DNA from: a virus
Lineage: Duplodnaviria > Caudoviricetes
IMG/VR virus record: IMGVR_UViG_3300037634_001197
Location: 1 to 36,747 of that record
Strand: one strand, 5' to 3'
Length of the DNA stretch: 36,747 nucleotides
The notes under the pieces are model-generated. The model was not told the DNA's origin. It did not search any database and saw nothing but the letters and a program-made list of their open reading frames with translations. The position numbers and the translations under genes were made by a program. This document shows, piece after piece, positions 26,438 through 34,791 of the stretch (within the stretch, counting starts at the first letter, position 1; each line of letters begins with the position of its first letter).

Positions 26438-27751
26438 TTAGTGTTTAATCCATTTATTTTTACCTCTAATTACTTGGGTAATTTCTTCAATTTTAATATT
26501 CGACAATCTTAATTTTGCTTTTCTTGTCTCTGCGTATCTTTCTTTTTTAAATCTAGCAACTATATATTCTGGGACATCAGCTCTAGCTGATAAACATCCA
26601 TAAGCAATCCATTTATATATAGCTTCTTCAGCTAATTTAGGCACTAACATTTCTCCATCTGTACCTAATCCATCACTTATATATTTTAATATAATAGTTT
26701 TTCCAGATAAATTTGAACTAAAGTGTATTAATCCTTTAGCACAATCTATATACCAAGATCCATTAGTTTGAGCATATTGACCATCTAATCCGTATCTTTG
26801 CCCGGTATTTTGAAAATAATTATCAGCATCTACAGCTAAATTTGTAGTTGTTGATTGATCAATAGCAACTGAATTTCCACCTGAACTTTTATAATTATCC
26901 CAAGCATTTGAAGTTGGTGTAGTTGATTCAACCTCGTTTGTATACGAATTCCAAGTGCCAGCATTAGCAATTGCATCAGTTATACTATTGTTACTATTTC
27001 TTAATCGAGACCAACCAGAGTTATTACGTATTAACTGCCAAATCCCTGGGCTAACTGTAGTAAAATCCCAACCTGACCAATCTAATTGAGTACCACAATG
27101 ATCTTCTGAATTAGAGTTTTGTAAACATAAACAATATTGATCAACATGACCAAACCATTTTTCCCAATACTCTTGTCTTTTAGCATTTGTATCAAATGAA
27201 TTAGGATTAGCTATCATATATTGTTTTATATCAGTTGCTCCTGTATGTGTAGTTTCGTCAAGATCAGTAGTGAGAAAACTACAAGTTACATTGCTAGTGC
27301 ATTCTAATTCTTGTGGTTTTAGTTCAGTTTTAGCATATTCATATGAACTAGAACTGTCACCACAATCATCACAATTATCACTATCTTGTTCTATAGAAAA
27401 AGGATTACTTGTTTTATTAGTAGGATATAATACATGCTCAATACCATTACTGTCAACAGATGTTAATTTAACATAGTTAACATAATCTTGTGGCAATGGC
27501 ATTTTTAAGTTTGGACAAACTTCAATTTCTTGAGATTTACAAGATTTAAGCGTATCATAACTAAGTTCAGCTAATGCCCGGTGCGCATGAAAACTAACGT
27601 CCGCTTTTAATACCGCTCCTAATATTTTTCCTTCACCAACATATGTGGCTGTGAAGTTATCTATTACTTCATCTAAACTTAAATATTGATAATCACCGTA
27701 AGCGCTACCGGAATAATAAGTTTGTTGTGTTTGGTTTAAGTATCCTGGCAT
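26438..27751 (-). CDS. Head-tail connector/tail ring structural protein
   Basis: 437 aa. YQYLSLDEVIDNF...FHAHRALAELSYD..KSQEIEV..MPLPQDYVNYVK and FSSNLSGKTIILKYISDGL..VPKLAEEAIY..AKLRLSNIKIEEITQVIRGK. Lies between the adaptor and muzzle genes. Confidence 0.65.
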   Translation of the reverse strand: MPGYLNQTQQTYYSGSAYGDYQYLSLDEVIDNFTATYVGEGKILGAVLKADVSFHAHRALAELSYDTLKSCKSQEIEVCPNLKMPLPQDYVNYVKLTSVDSNGIEHVLYPTNKTSNPFSIEQDSDNCDDCGDSSSSYEYAKTELKPQELECTSNVTCSFLTTDLDETTHTGATDIKQYMIANPNSFDTNAKRQEYWEKWFGHVDQYCLCLQNSNSEDHCGTQLDWSGWDFTTVSPGIWQLIRNNSGWSRLRNSNNSITDAIANAGTWNSYTNEVESTTPTSNAWDNYKSSGGNSVAIDQSTTTNLAVDADNYFQNTGQRYGLDGQYAQTNGSWYIDCAKGLIHFSSNLSGKTIILKYISDGLGTDGEMLVPKLAEEAIYKWIAYGCLSARADVPEYIVARFKKERYAETRKAKLRLSNIKIEEITQVIRGKNKWIKH

Positions 27752-27753
27752 AT

Positions 27754-28455
27754 TTATTTATTTTCTTGTTGTAAGTTTAATGATTCTTCTGCTGCGGCTG
27801 CTTGATATAAGGTTGGATCTTCAATAGATATACCAGCTAGTTTTAATATTTTAACAATAACATTTGATTGTTCACTTTCTATCAAATCTATATCTACGCT
27901 AGAATTAGGATCAAACATAGGGGCTTCGTTTACAATTATATATCCCCAATATGCTAAACCAGGTTTACCTGTTATTCTTTCGCAAGATAATCCAGACGTT
28001 ATTTGACCGGTATTATCCCATGCTTGAATTGATCTATCACCGTCTTCAAAATAAACAGCATCTGTAAATCCTTTCTTATGCCATTTAGACGCTAATAAAT
28101 CTTGTATTTCATCTGGGTTAATTAACTTTAACGTTCTACGTATACCACCTTGATTTAAAAATATTTTACCAATATGTCCATTCGGGAGTGCTCCACCACC
28201 TATACCATGACTTGCAGAATAAGTAATACCATTAACCCTTCTTATTTTCCTCATTAATTCAGTGACAGAATCTCCAACTTCATGCATTTGAGGTCTTCGT
28301 TCTCTAAACGCATTTAGATCATAAAAATACTGTTCAAAAATATCACTTTGCACTTGGTTAACAAATAAATTAAATTCTTGAGGGGTTAAATAACCTCTTT
28401 GTTCTTTATTGGCTAACGCTTGAACAGTTTGATATACTGTATCTATATTTATCAT
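27754..28455 (-). CDS. Head-tail adaptor/ring protein (crAss-like)
   Basis: 233 aa. N-terminus IDTVYQTVQALANKEQRGYLTPQEFNLF and C-terminal VIVKILKLAGISI resemble crAss-like ring proteins. Position follows the capsid block. Confidence 0.65.
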   Translation of the reverse strand: MINIDTVYQTVQALANKEQRGYLTPQEFNLFVNQVQSDIFEQYFYDLNAFRERRPQMHEVGDSVTELMRKIRRVNGITYSASHGIGGGALPNGHIGKIFLNQGGIRRTLKLINPDEIQDLLASKWHKKGFTDAVYFEDGDRSIQAWDNTGQITSGLSCERITGKPGLAYWGYIIVNEAPMFDPNSSVDIDLIESEQSNVIVKILKLAGISIEDPTLYQAAAAEESLNLQQENK

Positions 28456-28619
28456 TATTTATTATTTTTATATGGAAACGCCTTGTTTAAAGCTTTTTTT
28501 CTTTTATTACAACCACAATCTTTTTTACCTACAGCTTTAGTCCCCATTTGCACTAAACTTTTAATTCCAGTTGCTTTTGTAAATTTTTCTATTGAATCGC
28601 CTAATCCTTGTGATTTCAT
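28455..28619 (-). CDS. Small basic protein with GLGD...CGC motif (not in ORF track)
   Basis: 54 aa MKSQGLGDSIEKFTKATGIKSLVQMGTKAVGKKDCGCNKRKKALNKAFPYKNNK. ATG at 28619; TAA overlaps the next ATG (TAATG); fills the intergenic gap. Confidence 0.85.
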   Translation of the reverse strand: MKSQGLGDSIEKFTKATGIKSLVQMGTKAVGKKDCGCNKRKKALNKAFPYKNNK

Positions 28620-28630
28620 AATATTGTTTT

Positions 28631-28664
28631 AAAAAAATAGCCACCCCTAAATAGAGTGGCTATT
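28631..28664 (-). terminator. Rho-independent terminator after the 280-aa gene
   Basis: Minus strand AATAGCCAC-tctatttaggg-GTGGCTATT followed by a T run, 11 nt after the stop. Confidence 0.8.
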
Positions 28665-28675
28665 CTTTAGGGTTG

Positions 28676-29518
28676 TTACGAATTTAATCGTTTTTCTATA
28701 TTGGAGTAAATCTCCATTCCTTCATCAGTTTTAAACCAATGTGCTAAAGCAGTGTATGGATGTTCGTCAAATGGAATAACCATTAACTTTCTACCATTAC
28801 TACCCCATAAGAAATTCCTTTGATCAGAAGATAGTCTTAATATTCCAGCTTCTACAGCTCTAATACCAAAATTCCTTAACATCACATTCTCATCATCCGC
28901 AAGCTCTAAGAAGAGTTTAGGGTTGTTTCTAGCAAATACTAGTAAATCACGTCTAAGTTCCTTAGAACTCAACTTAGATACCTCAGAACCTTTCTCAACA
29001 CGCATAATGGCTTCTGCCATATCAATATCTATGTTTCTTGCTGCTGTTAGCGCATCCACTTGCATTTCTAAAACATCTATTTCGTCAGCAGCTATTTTAG
29101 ATGGTCTGAACTCTTCGTATATCTTATCTTTATGCGGGTGATATAAACTTAGTAACCTTTGTAAAGTTACCTTTTCTTTTTCTACAAATAAATTTCCAGA
29201 TCTAAAAATAATATGTTCTAATCTTTGGTCACCTTTCATTTCATCTACAAACGGTGTTTTTTGATTTTGACAATATTTTAATTCTCTTTCATATCCTAAT
29301 TCTTTGTCAAAGTAATATATGTTTGCAGATTTAATTGATCTAGAAAGTGGTCTTTTTCCACCTTTCAAAAGATACATTCGATCTTTAATTTCCCACTCAT
29401 TAGATGGTACTTTTCTTTCTCTTACTTTTGGTTGTTCTACAACCGGAGCAGTTTCAACTGCTACTTCTTCTTGAACTTGAGGTTCTTCCACCTCAACTGT
29501 TTTTGTTTTCTTTGCCAT
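28676..29518 (-). CDS. Conserved phage protein downstream of the major capsid gene
   Basis: 280 aa with an acidic N-terminal tail, then WEIKDRMYLL...GYERELKYCQNQKTPFVDE...IIFRSGNLFV...LSSKELRRDLLVFA...HWFKTDEG. Function unknown. Confidence 0.75.
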   Translation of the reverse strand: MAKKTKTVEVEEPQVQEEVAVETAPVVEQPKVRERKVPSNEWEIKDRMYLLKGGKRPLSRSIKSANIYYFDKELGYERELKYCQNQKTPFVDEMKGDQRLEHIIFRSGNLFVEKEKVTLQRLLSLYHPHKDKIYEEFRPSKIAADEIDVLEMQVDALTAARNIDIDMAEAIMRVEKGSEVSKLSSKELRRDLLVFARNNPKLFLELADDENVMLRNFGIRAVEAGILRLSSDQRNFLWGSNGRKLMVIPFDEHPYTALAHWFKTDEGMEIYSNIEKRLNS

Positions 29519-29535
29519 AATATAATATATAATAA
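29511..29535 (-). promoter_or_regulatory. Leader motif TATATTATATT-ATG shared with the 395-aa gene
   Basis: The 19-mer tttgccataatataatata is identical at 29511..29529 and 32318..32336. Confidence 0.5.
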
Positions 29536-29544
29536 AATTAATAA

Positions 29545-29580
29545 AAATAAAAGGACCGAGGCCGAAACCTCGGTTCTTTT
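29545..29580 (-). terminator. Rho-independent terminator after the major capsid gene
   Basis: Minus strand AAAAGAACCGAGGT-TTCG-GCCTCGGTCCTTTT-ATTTT: GC-rich stem, UUCG tetraloop, U tract. Confidence 0.85.
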
Positions 29581-29593
29581 AAAGTATAAATGC

Positions 29594-31117
29594 TTATTTC
29601 AATAACATGAAATTGTTAGCACCTTGTGTAATCAAACATCTCTCTGATAACATGTGGATTTGCATTGCATCTAAAGCAGATGTAGCAGCTCCAACGGAAC
29701 CAGTAACCCATGATTTCATTCGTCTATCATCAGTTTGTGAAGCTCTATAACGTACATGTAAGAAAGGACGTTTAAGATTCTTTCCTAATTGTTGGTCATA
29801 AACTGTTGATGTGCCAGCTGGAACCATAATTCCCCTAATTGCATTAGCAGCATCAGCAGAGTTTATACCACCTCTTGTAGCTTTGTCATTTAAGTATCTC
29901 ATATCTGATTTGTAGAAATCGTAAGATCCACGTCTGAAACCAGAGAAACCTAAATTAAGCGCCATATCTTCTGAGTTGTTGAATACTCCATAAGAAGTAC
30001 CACCAGCACCATAAGAATTCATAGAAGCTAACATGTCGTCCATTGCTAGTGAAGTAGCTCTGTTTACAAACATCATATTTTCTTCAATTGCACCTTGAGA
30101 ATCAAACTCAGCTAAAATAGCGTCAAATTCAGCTAAATCAGTAGCACTATTAACACCAGTAATGCCAGAAGTTATATTACCTCTATCTTCGATAGCATCA
30201 AATAAACCTTGAGTACCTATAACATCACCAGTATCAGATCCATAAAGCAGTGTATCACCTACTATCTCAACTCCAGTTGAAGCATCTGACGTCTTCACAC
30301 TCTCTAACATTGACATTTCTAAATAATCAGTGAAACGCGCTCTTGTATCAGATTCAGCTTTTAGATACCATAAGTATCCAGTACCACCACCTTCAGAAGT
30401 TACTTCAACCCAACCAATTCTAGAAACATCAGAACCTGATACCTCGTAGTAATCTTTTAAGATAATTGGTTTATTTGAAAAAGTCTGAAATGAAGGTTCG
30501 TTAGCACCTCTTGTATCAGTACCAGCCGCAGAATAACCCGTTGCAGGATTATAACTTTGACCTTTACCGTATTCAGAACCATAAACTAACACGGTAGTTG
30601 CTAAAGCAGATGTAGTACCAGTTAATGTAGCCGCTTTATAAGGAGCTACAGTAATTGTATCACTAGAAGCTACAACTGTAACTAAACATTTTACAATACC
30701 GTTAGTTGCATCAGACACAATAATAGTATCGTTTACTCTAATACCGTGATTAACTGGTGAACCACCAGAACCAGAAATACCATTAGTAGTGTCGGAGTTA
30801 TTACCATCGATATCAGATTGAATTTGAATAGTAGTTGATGTTTTTACCTCACACTTGTAAGATAAATGTAGTCTACCTTGCTCTGACCAAACGACTTGAT
30901 CAGCCGTCATAGACTCTTCAGCCCCAACTTGTGAAAGAAATCCAGATATAGTCCTAGGACCAAATACCTCAGCTTCTTTTTCCATTAGGTCTGGTACATA
31001 TTGTTGGGACCATCCAGCGTTTGAGGATGATGCCAAATCTAGGTAATTTGTTTGTAACGCCTGCTGAATTGATGCAGGTACGCTATTCAAATTACCACCA
31101 GGATTCGAAATTGCCAT
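29594..31117 (-). CDS. Major capsid protein
   Basis: 507 aa after portal and scaffold, followed by a strong terminator. QQYVPDLMEKEAEVFG.RTISGFL, DQVVWSEQGRLH, NKPIILKDYYEVSGSD, GYLWYLKAE, LNLGFSGFRRGSYDFYK, LSERCLITQGANNF. Confidence 0.85.
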   Translation of the reverse strand: MAISNPGGNLNSVPASIQQALQTNYLDLASSSNAGWSQQYVPDLMEKEAEVFGPRTISGFLSQVGAEESMTADQVVWSEQGRLHLSYKCEVKTSTTIQIQSDIDGNNSDTTNGISGSGGSPVNHGIRVNDTIIVSDATNGIVKCLVTVVASSDTITVAPYKAATLTGTTSALATTVLVYGSEYGKGQSYNPATGYSAAGTDTRGANEPSFQTFSNKPIILKDYYEVSGSDVSRIGWVEVTSEGGGTGYLWYLKAESDTRARFTDYLEMSMLESVKTSDASTGVEIVGDTLLYGSDTGDVIGTQGLFDAIEDRGNITSGITGVNSATDLAEFDAILAEFDSQGAIEENMMFVNRATSLAMDDMLASMNSYGAGGTSYGVFNNSEDMALNLGFSGFRRGSYDFYKSDMRYLNDKATRGGINSADAANAIRGIMVPAGTSTVYDQQLGKNLKRPFLHVRYRASQTDDRRMKSWVTGSVGAATSALDAMQIHMLSERCLITQGANNFMLLK

Positions 31118-31137
31118 AATTTTGTAATTTTAAATTG

Positions 31138-32325
31138 TTATTTTTGTTTAATTTTGAACTTGAAATCAGGAGTATTATCACCTAAAACTTTAACTTTAAC
31201 GCCGTCTATGTTAGTATTTTCACCTAACTCCTGTCTTGGCGTCATGTTAATGTTTTTAGATTTTGCTACACTTTCTTTTAAAGCGTCAGCTTTACCTTGT
31301 TCGTAAAAGTGATTAGCAACCGCGTCAGCATTCATTGCTGTATATAAAGATTTATGGTAACCAGCTTCGTCTTTTATATTCTCATTTTTATCAAGAAACT
31401 TTCCGATAAAATTTCCAATATCACTTTGGGTTTCCATTACTTTACTAGCGTCATTAATATTAAACCTAAATCTTTTTTCACCGACATTATATTCAAAACC
31501 TTTGAATTGATCGCCGAAAAATCTATTAGTTTTATTTAAAAAATCTGCCTTAGCTGCTTTTTGTTGTTTTTCAACTTCTCCTGATTCTTTTGTGTAACTA
31601 TCATAAAAACTAATAGCTTCTTGTTGCTCACTTGTGAGTTTCGATCCACTTTTAATTTCTTGATAATATTTGGATTTGTTCTCTTCCAATTGAGTTTTAG
31701 CGTTGGCAACTTGCTCTTTTAACGCTAATTTTTTTCTTTTTATATCTTTCTCATCATCTATATCTTCGTCATAAGAAAATTGATCTTCCATTAAAAAATC
31801 TATTTCTTCTGAACTTAAATGAGGTTTAGTTTGTTTGTAATGTTCTTGTAATAAAGTTTGATTATCCATTTTAGAATAATCTTTATTTAACTTTACGTAG
31901 TCGTTTAAATCACCACCTGTTTCTTGCATGAAGTTTACTAAATTCTGAATATTCTCAGGAAGAGGTTCTCCAGATTCTACAGATTGAGTTATAGCCTCTT
32001 CTACTTTCTCTGTTACGTTTTCAATCTTTTCTTCATCAGTAATTTCTTCTATAATAGATTGCTCAACATTTTCTTCTGTAGACTGTTCAACGTCCTCTTT
32101 TTTATCAATCGTTTCTTCAATAACCTTTTCTTGAACGTCCTCGGTTTTTGTAGTATCCACGGATTGTTCATCTTCTTCTATTTTTGGTGGGTTACTTAAA
32201 TCAACTTTAGTTATTGTATCTTCAATAACTTCCGCTGGTTTTTTCATTTTTGCTTCCACCTTTGTAACGTCACCTTTAGGTTCGTTGGTAGTTTGTTCTA
32301 CCTTTTCTTTTTTCTTTTTTGCCAT
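31138..32325 (-). CDS. Putative capsid scaffolding protein
   Basis: 395 aa between portal and MCP. Very acidic, disordered N-terminal third followed by a helical/coiled-coil region. Confidence 0.65.
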   Translation of the reverse strand: MAKKKKEKVEQTTNEPKGDVTKVEAKMKKPAEVIEDTITKVDLSNPPKIEEDEQSVDTTKTEDVQEKVIEETIDKKEDVEQSTEENVEQSIIEEITDEEKIENVTEKVEEAITQSVESGEPLPENIQNLVNFMQETGGDLNDYVKLNKDYSKMDNQTLLQEHYKQTKPHLSSEEIDFLMEDQFSYDEDIDDEKDIKRKKLALKEQVANAKTQLEENKSKYYQEIKSGSKLTSEQQEAISFYDSYTKESGEVEKQQKAAKADFLNKTNRFFGDQFKGFEYNVGEKRFRFNINDASKVMETQSDIGNFIGKFLDKNENIKDEAGYHKSLYTAMNADAVANHFYEQGKADALKESVAKSKNINMTPRQELGENTNIDGVKVKVLGDNTPDFKFKIKQK

Positions 32326-32340
32326 AATATAATATAATAA
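32318..32340 (-). promoter_or_regulatory. Leader motif TTATTATATTATATT-ATG (second copy)
   Basis: Matches 29511..29529 over 19 nt. Confidence 0.5.
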
Positions 32341-32353
32341 TAGTTAATAAATA

Positions 32354-34789
32354 TTACTTAGGACCAAACGCTCCTAAGTTAAAACCACCTAAGGTATCAT
32401 CACCTGCTGTTTCAAAGTTTTTAGGTGGTTTTTGATTTGCTCTTTGATCAATCAACTCTGATTGTTGAGTTGCTTGCATTTTTGTTCTTTGATCTTTACG
32501 ATCTTCTTTTGACGCCTCTCCTTGAGAACGCATTCCAAGTTCCATTTGCTTCAATTGCATCTCTTGTTGAAACTCTTGCTGCGATAACGCTTGTTTAATA
32601 GATGCATCTTGTGCTAACAATTGAGATTTACCATCTGTTTTTATGCTTTCAAGTTTCATTTGTGTTTCAAGCATAGCTTGATTTTTGTTAATCTCTGCTT
32701 CAGCTGCCGCTTGCGAAGCTTCGGCTTGTGCTTTTCCTTGCGCTTCTGTTTGTTGCAATTGCATTTCTTGATCTGCTTCTCCTTTTTTCTTTCTACGAAT
32801 TTTTAATAATTGGTTTGCTAATTTTACGTTCTTAAGCATCCGTAAATCTATAGCATCTTCTAACTCTATACTTTGTTGTGCTAATGCTGTTTGTATATTA
32901 TTTTCCAACATCTCTTTCTCAAGTTCATCTGGTTCTAATTCTAAGAATATACCAAAATCATATAGATGTAGATTTGCCATTTCTTCTAACGTAGCTACAT
33001 TATGTGATCCTATACTTTCTATAAAAGCATTTTTTGTCGGAGAATATTCTATGATATCAGATATTCTAAGTGATAGTTGTTCTGCAACTTCTTGTGTTAA
33101 AAACATACCTGATTGTAATATATGTCTTGTTGCTGTGTTAGAATTAGCCGCAGCCATTTTTTGTATACCAACTAATGATTTAGGATCAGGAGTTGACGCA
33201 TCAGTTGCTTCGTTTAATCCTGTAGCATCTCTTATCATTTGTAAATAGTAATTATAAGTACCAATTAAACCTTGCACCTTTCCACTAGCACCAGCACCAT
33301 TGTTTATTTCTTGAATAGGCACTTTCCCAGGATTACCATCTCCTTCTTGCGTGAGAGATCTTCCAACAATACTACCAGTTTGGAAAAACATGTTTAAAGC
33401 TTCTTGTGGGTTATAATTAGTTCCATTTCCTAGGTCAACTTCTGCTAGACCATCTACATCTAAAAATATACCATCAGGTGTCATTCTTGATAATACTTGT
33501 TGAATTTTTAAATGTGTTATTTGAATCATATCAGCAAAACCAATTATTCTACCAACTAATGATTCTATTCTTCCCTCATACATTCTAGGAGCAACAATAG
33601 CATAATTCATTTTAACTTTAGTGTAATCACTTTTAGGACGCATCATATTTTTTGCTTGTTCCCATTTGACCAACTTATTAGCACCTAGTATATAAGCACC
33701 TTCATATAAACATTCTATTGATTTAGATATTTTTTCAAAATCACCTTGCAACGCTTTGGGTGGATTAAAACTATCATCTTTTTGAATTGCTTTTTTTGCA
33801 CCAGTACCAGTTTCTTTTACTTTAAAAACTTCGTTCATATAAGTTTTATAATTAAAGTACAGTATATCAACTTTATTGTTATCTGAATCTGGAGAAGAAC
33901 TACCATGATAATTATTAAAAGTACCACCACTACTTTTTACTATCTCCTCTAGATCGTCTTCGTTAAGATAAGGAAATTGTTTTATAAGTTCATTTATAGG
34001 TATAGATTTAATTTCCCCAACATAATATATATCTTCAAAATAAGGAGATTCACTATATGAATAAACTAAGTTTGCAGGATCAACATAATCTATAACAACA
34101 CCTTCTGATGTATTAAACAATGTTTTTACAGCACCTATCCCACAAGTCACTAAATCATAGTAAAATCTTTTTTTAGTTAACTCATATTGATTACCTTGCA
34201 TTAGAGTAGCTATAGCTTGTTCTTCTGCTAATTCTATAGCTTGCTTGTAACTGATTTGCATGTGCAATGATAGTTCTTCTGGTGAAGCTGGTAAATGTTC
34301 ATCTCCTTCACCGTAATTATTTTCTGAAACTGGTATAGCAAATTTTTCTGCGCAAAAATCGTTAAACTCTTTTAATCGCATATCCCTTTCTATACCTTGC
34401 ATATATTCAGTTCGTCTTGTAACTCCGAAAGGATCTTGAGAAGTAGCTTTAACATCGTACAACCTTTCGGCTATACCATTTACTACTATATCTACAAATT
34501 TAGGAATAATTGGAACAGGTGTCCAATCTAAATTTAAATAGGACAAATCACCATTTATTGATAACTCATCCTTATATTTTTGTATTGACTGTTCGCCACG
34601 GGCGTATAATCTTAATTTGTGAAATTTTGAAGTTCCACTATGAAACCTACTATTTCCAGCTCCATGAGATTTATCAAACCATTCACGTTCAATTGCTTTT
34701 GCTACTTTCAACCCATAATCAAAACTCATCTTTTCTAAGTCACTAACAACTTGACTAGGAAAATGTCTATTTGTAACTGATTCAGCCAT
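32354..34789 (-). CDS. Portal protein
   Basis: 811 aa directly after the terminase. LRLYARGEQSIQKYKDEL, LDWTPVPIIPKFVDIVVNG, IDYVDPANLVYS, MIRDATGLNEA; Gln/Ala-rich C-terminal barrel-like coiled coil. Confidence 0.85.
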   Translation of the reverse strand: MAESVTNRHFPSQVVSDLEKMSFDYGLKVAKAIEREWFDKSHGAGNSRFHSGTSKFHKLRLYARGEQSIQKYKDELSINGDLSYLNLDWTPVPIIPKFVDIVVNGIAERLYDVKATSQDPFGVTRRTEYMQGIERDMRLKEFNDFCAEKFAIPVSENNYGEGDEHLPASPEELSLHMQISYKQAIELAEEQAIATLMQGNQYELTKKRFYYDLVTCGIGAVKTLFNTSEGVVIDYVDPANLVYSYSESPYFEDIYYVGEIKSIPINELIKQFPYLNEDDLEEIVKSSGGTFNNYHGSSSPDSDNNKVDILYFNYKTYMNEVFKVKETGTGAKKAIQKDDSFNPPKALQGDFEKISKSIECLYEGAYILGANKLVKWEQAKNMMRPKSDYTKVKMNYAIVAPRMYEGRIESLVGRIIGFADMIQITHLKIQQVLSRMTPDGIFLDVDGLAEVDLGNGTNYNPQEALNMFFQTGSIVGRSLTQEGDGNPGKVPIQEINNGAGASGKVQGLIGTYNYYLQMIRDATGLNEATDASTPDPKSLVGIQKMAAANSNTATRHILQSGMFLTQEVAEQLSLRISDIIEYSPTKNAFIESIGSHNVATLEEMANLHLYDFGIFLELEPDELEKEMLENNIQTALAQQSIELEDAIDLRMLKNVKLANQLLKIRRKKKGEADQEMQLQQTEAQGKAQAEASQAAAEAEINKNQAMLETQMKLESIKTDGKSQLLAQDASIKQALSQQEFQQEMQLKQMELGMRSQGEASKEDRKDQRTKMQATQQSELIDQRANQKPPKNFETAGDDTLGGFNLGAFGPK

Positions 34790-34791
34790 AC

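Noticed and set aside
26434-26440. In-frame TAA-GAT-ATG junction between ring and muzzle genes as readthrough
   Set aside because: Both ORFs have complete, family-typical termini and the stop is TAA, so this is ordinary tight gene packing.
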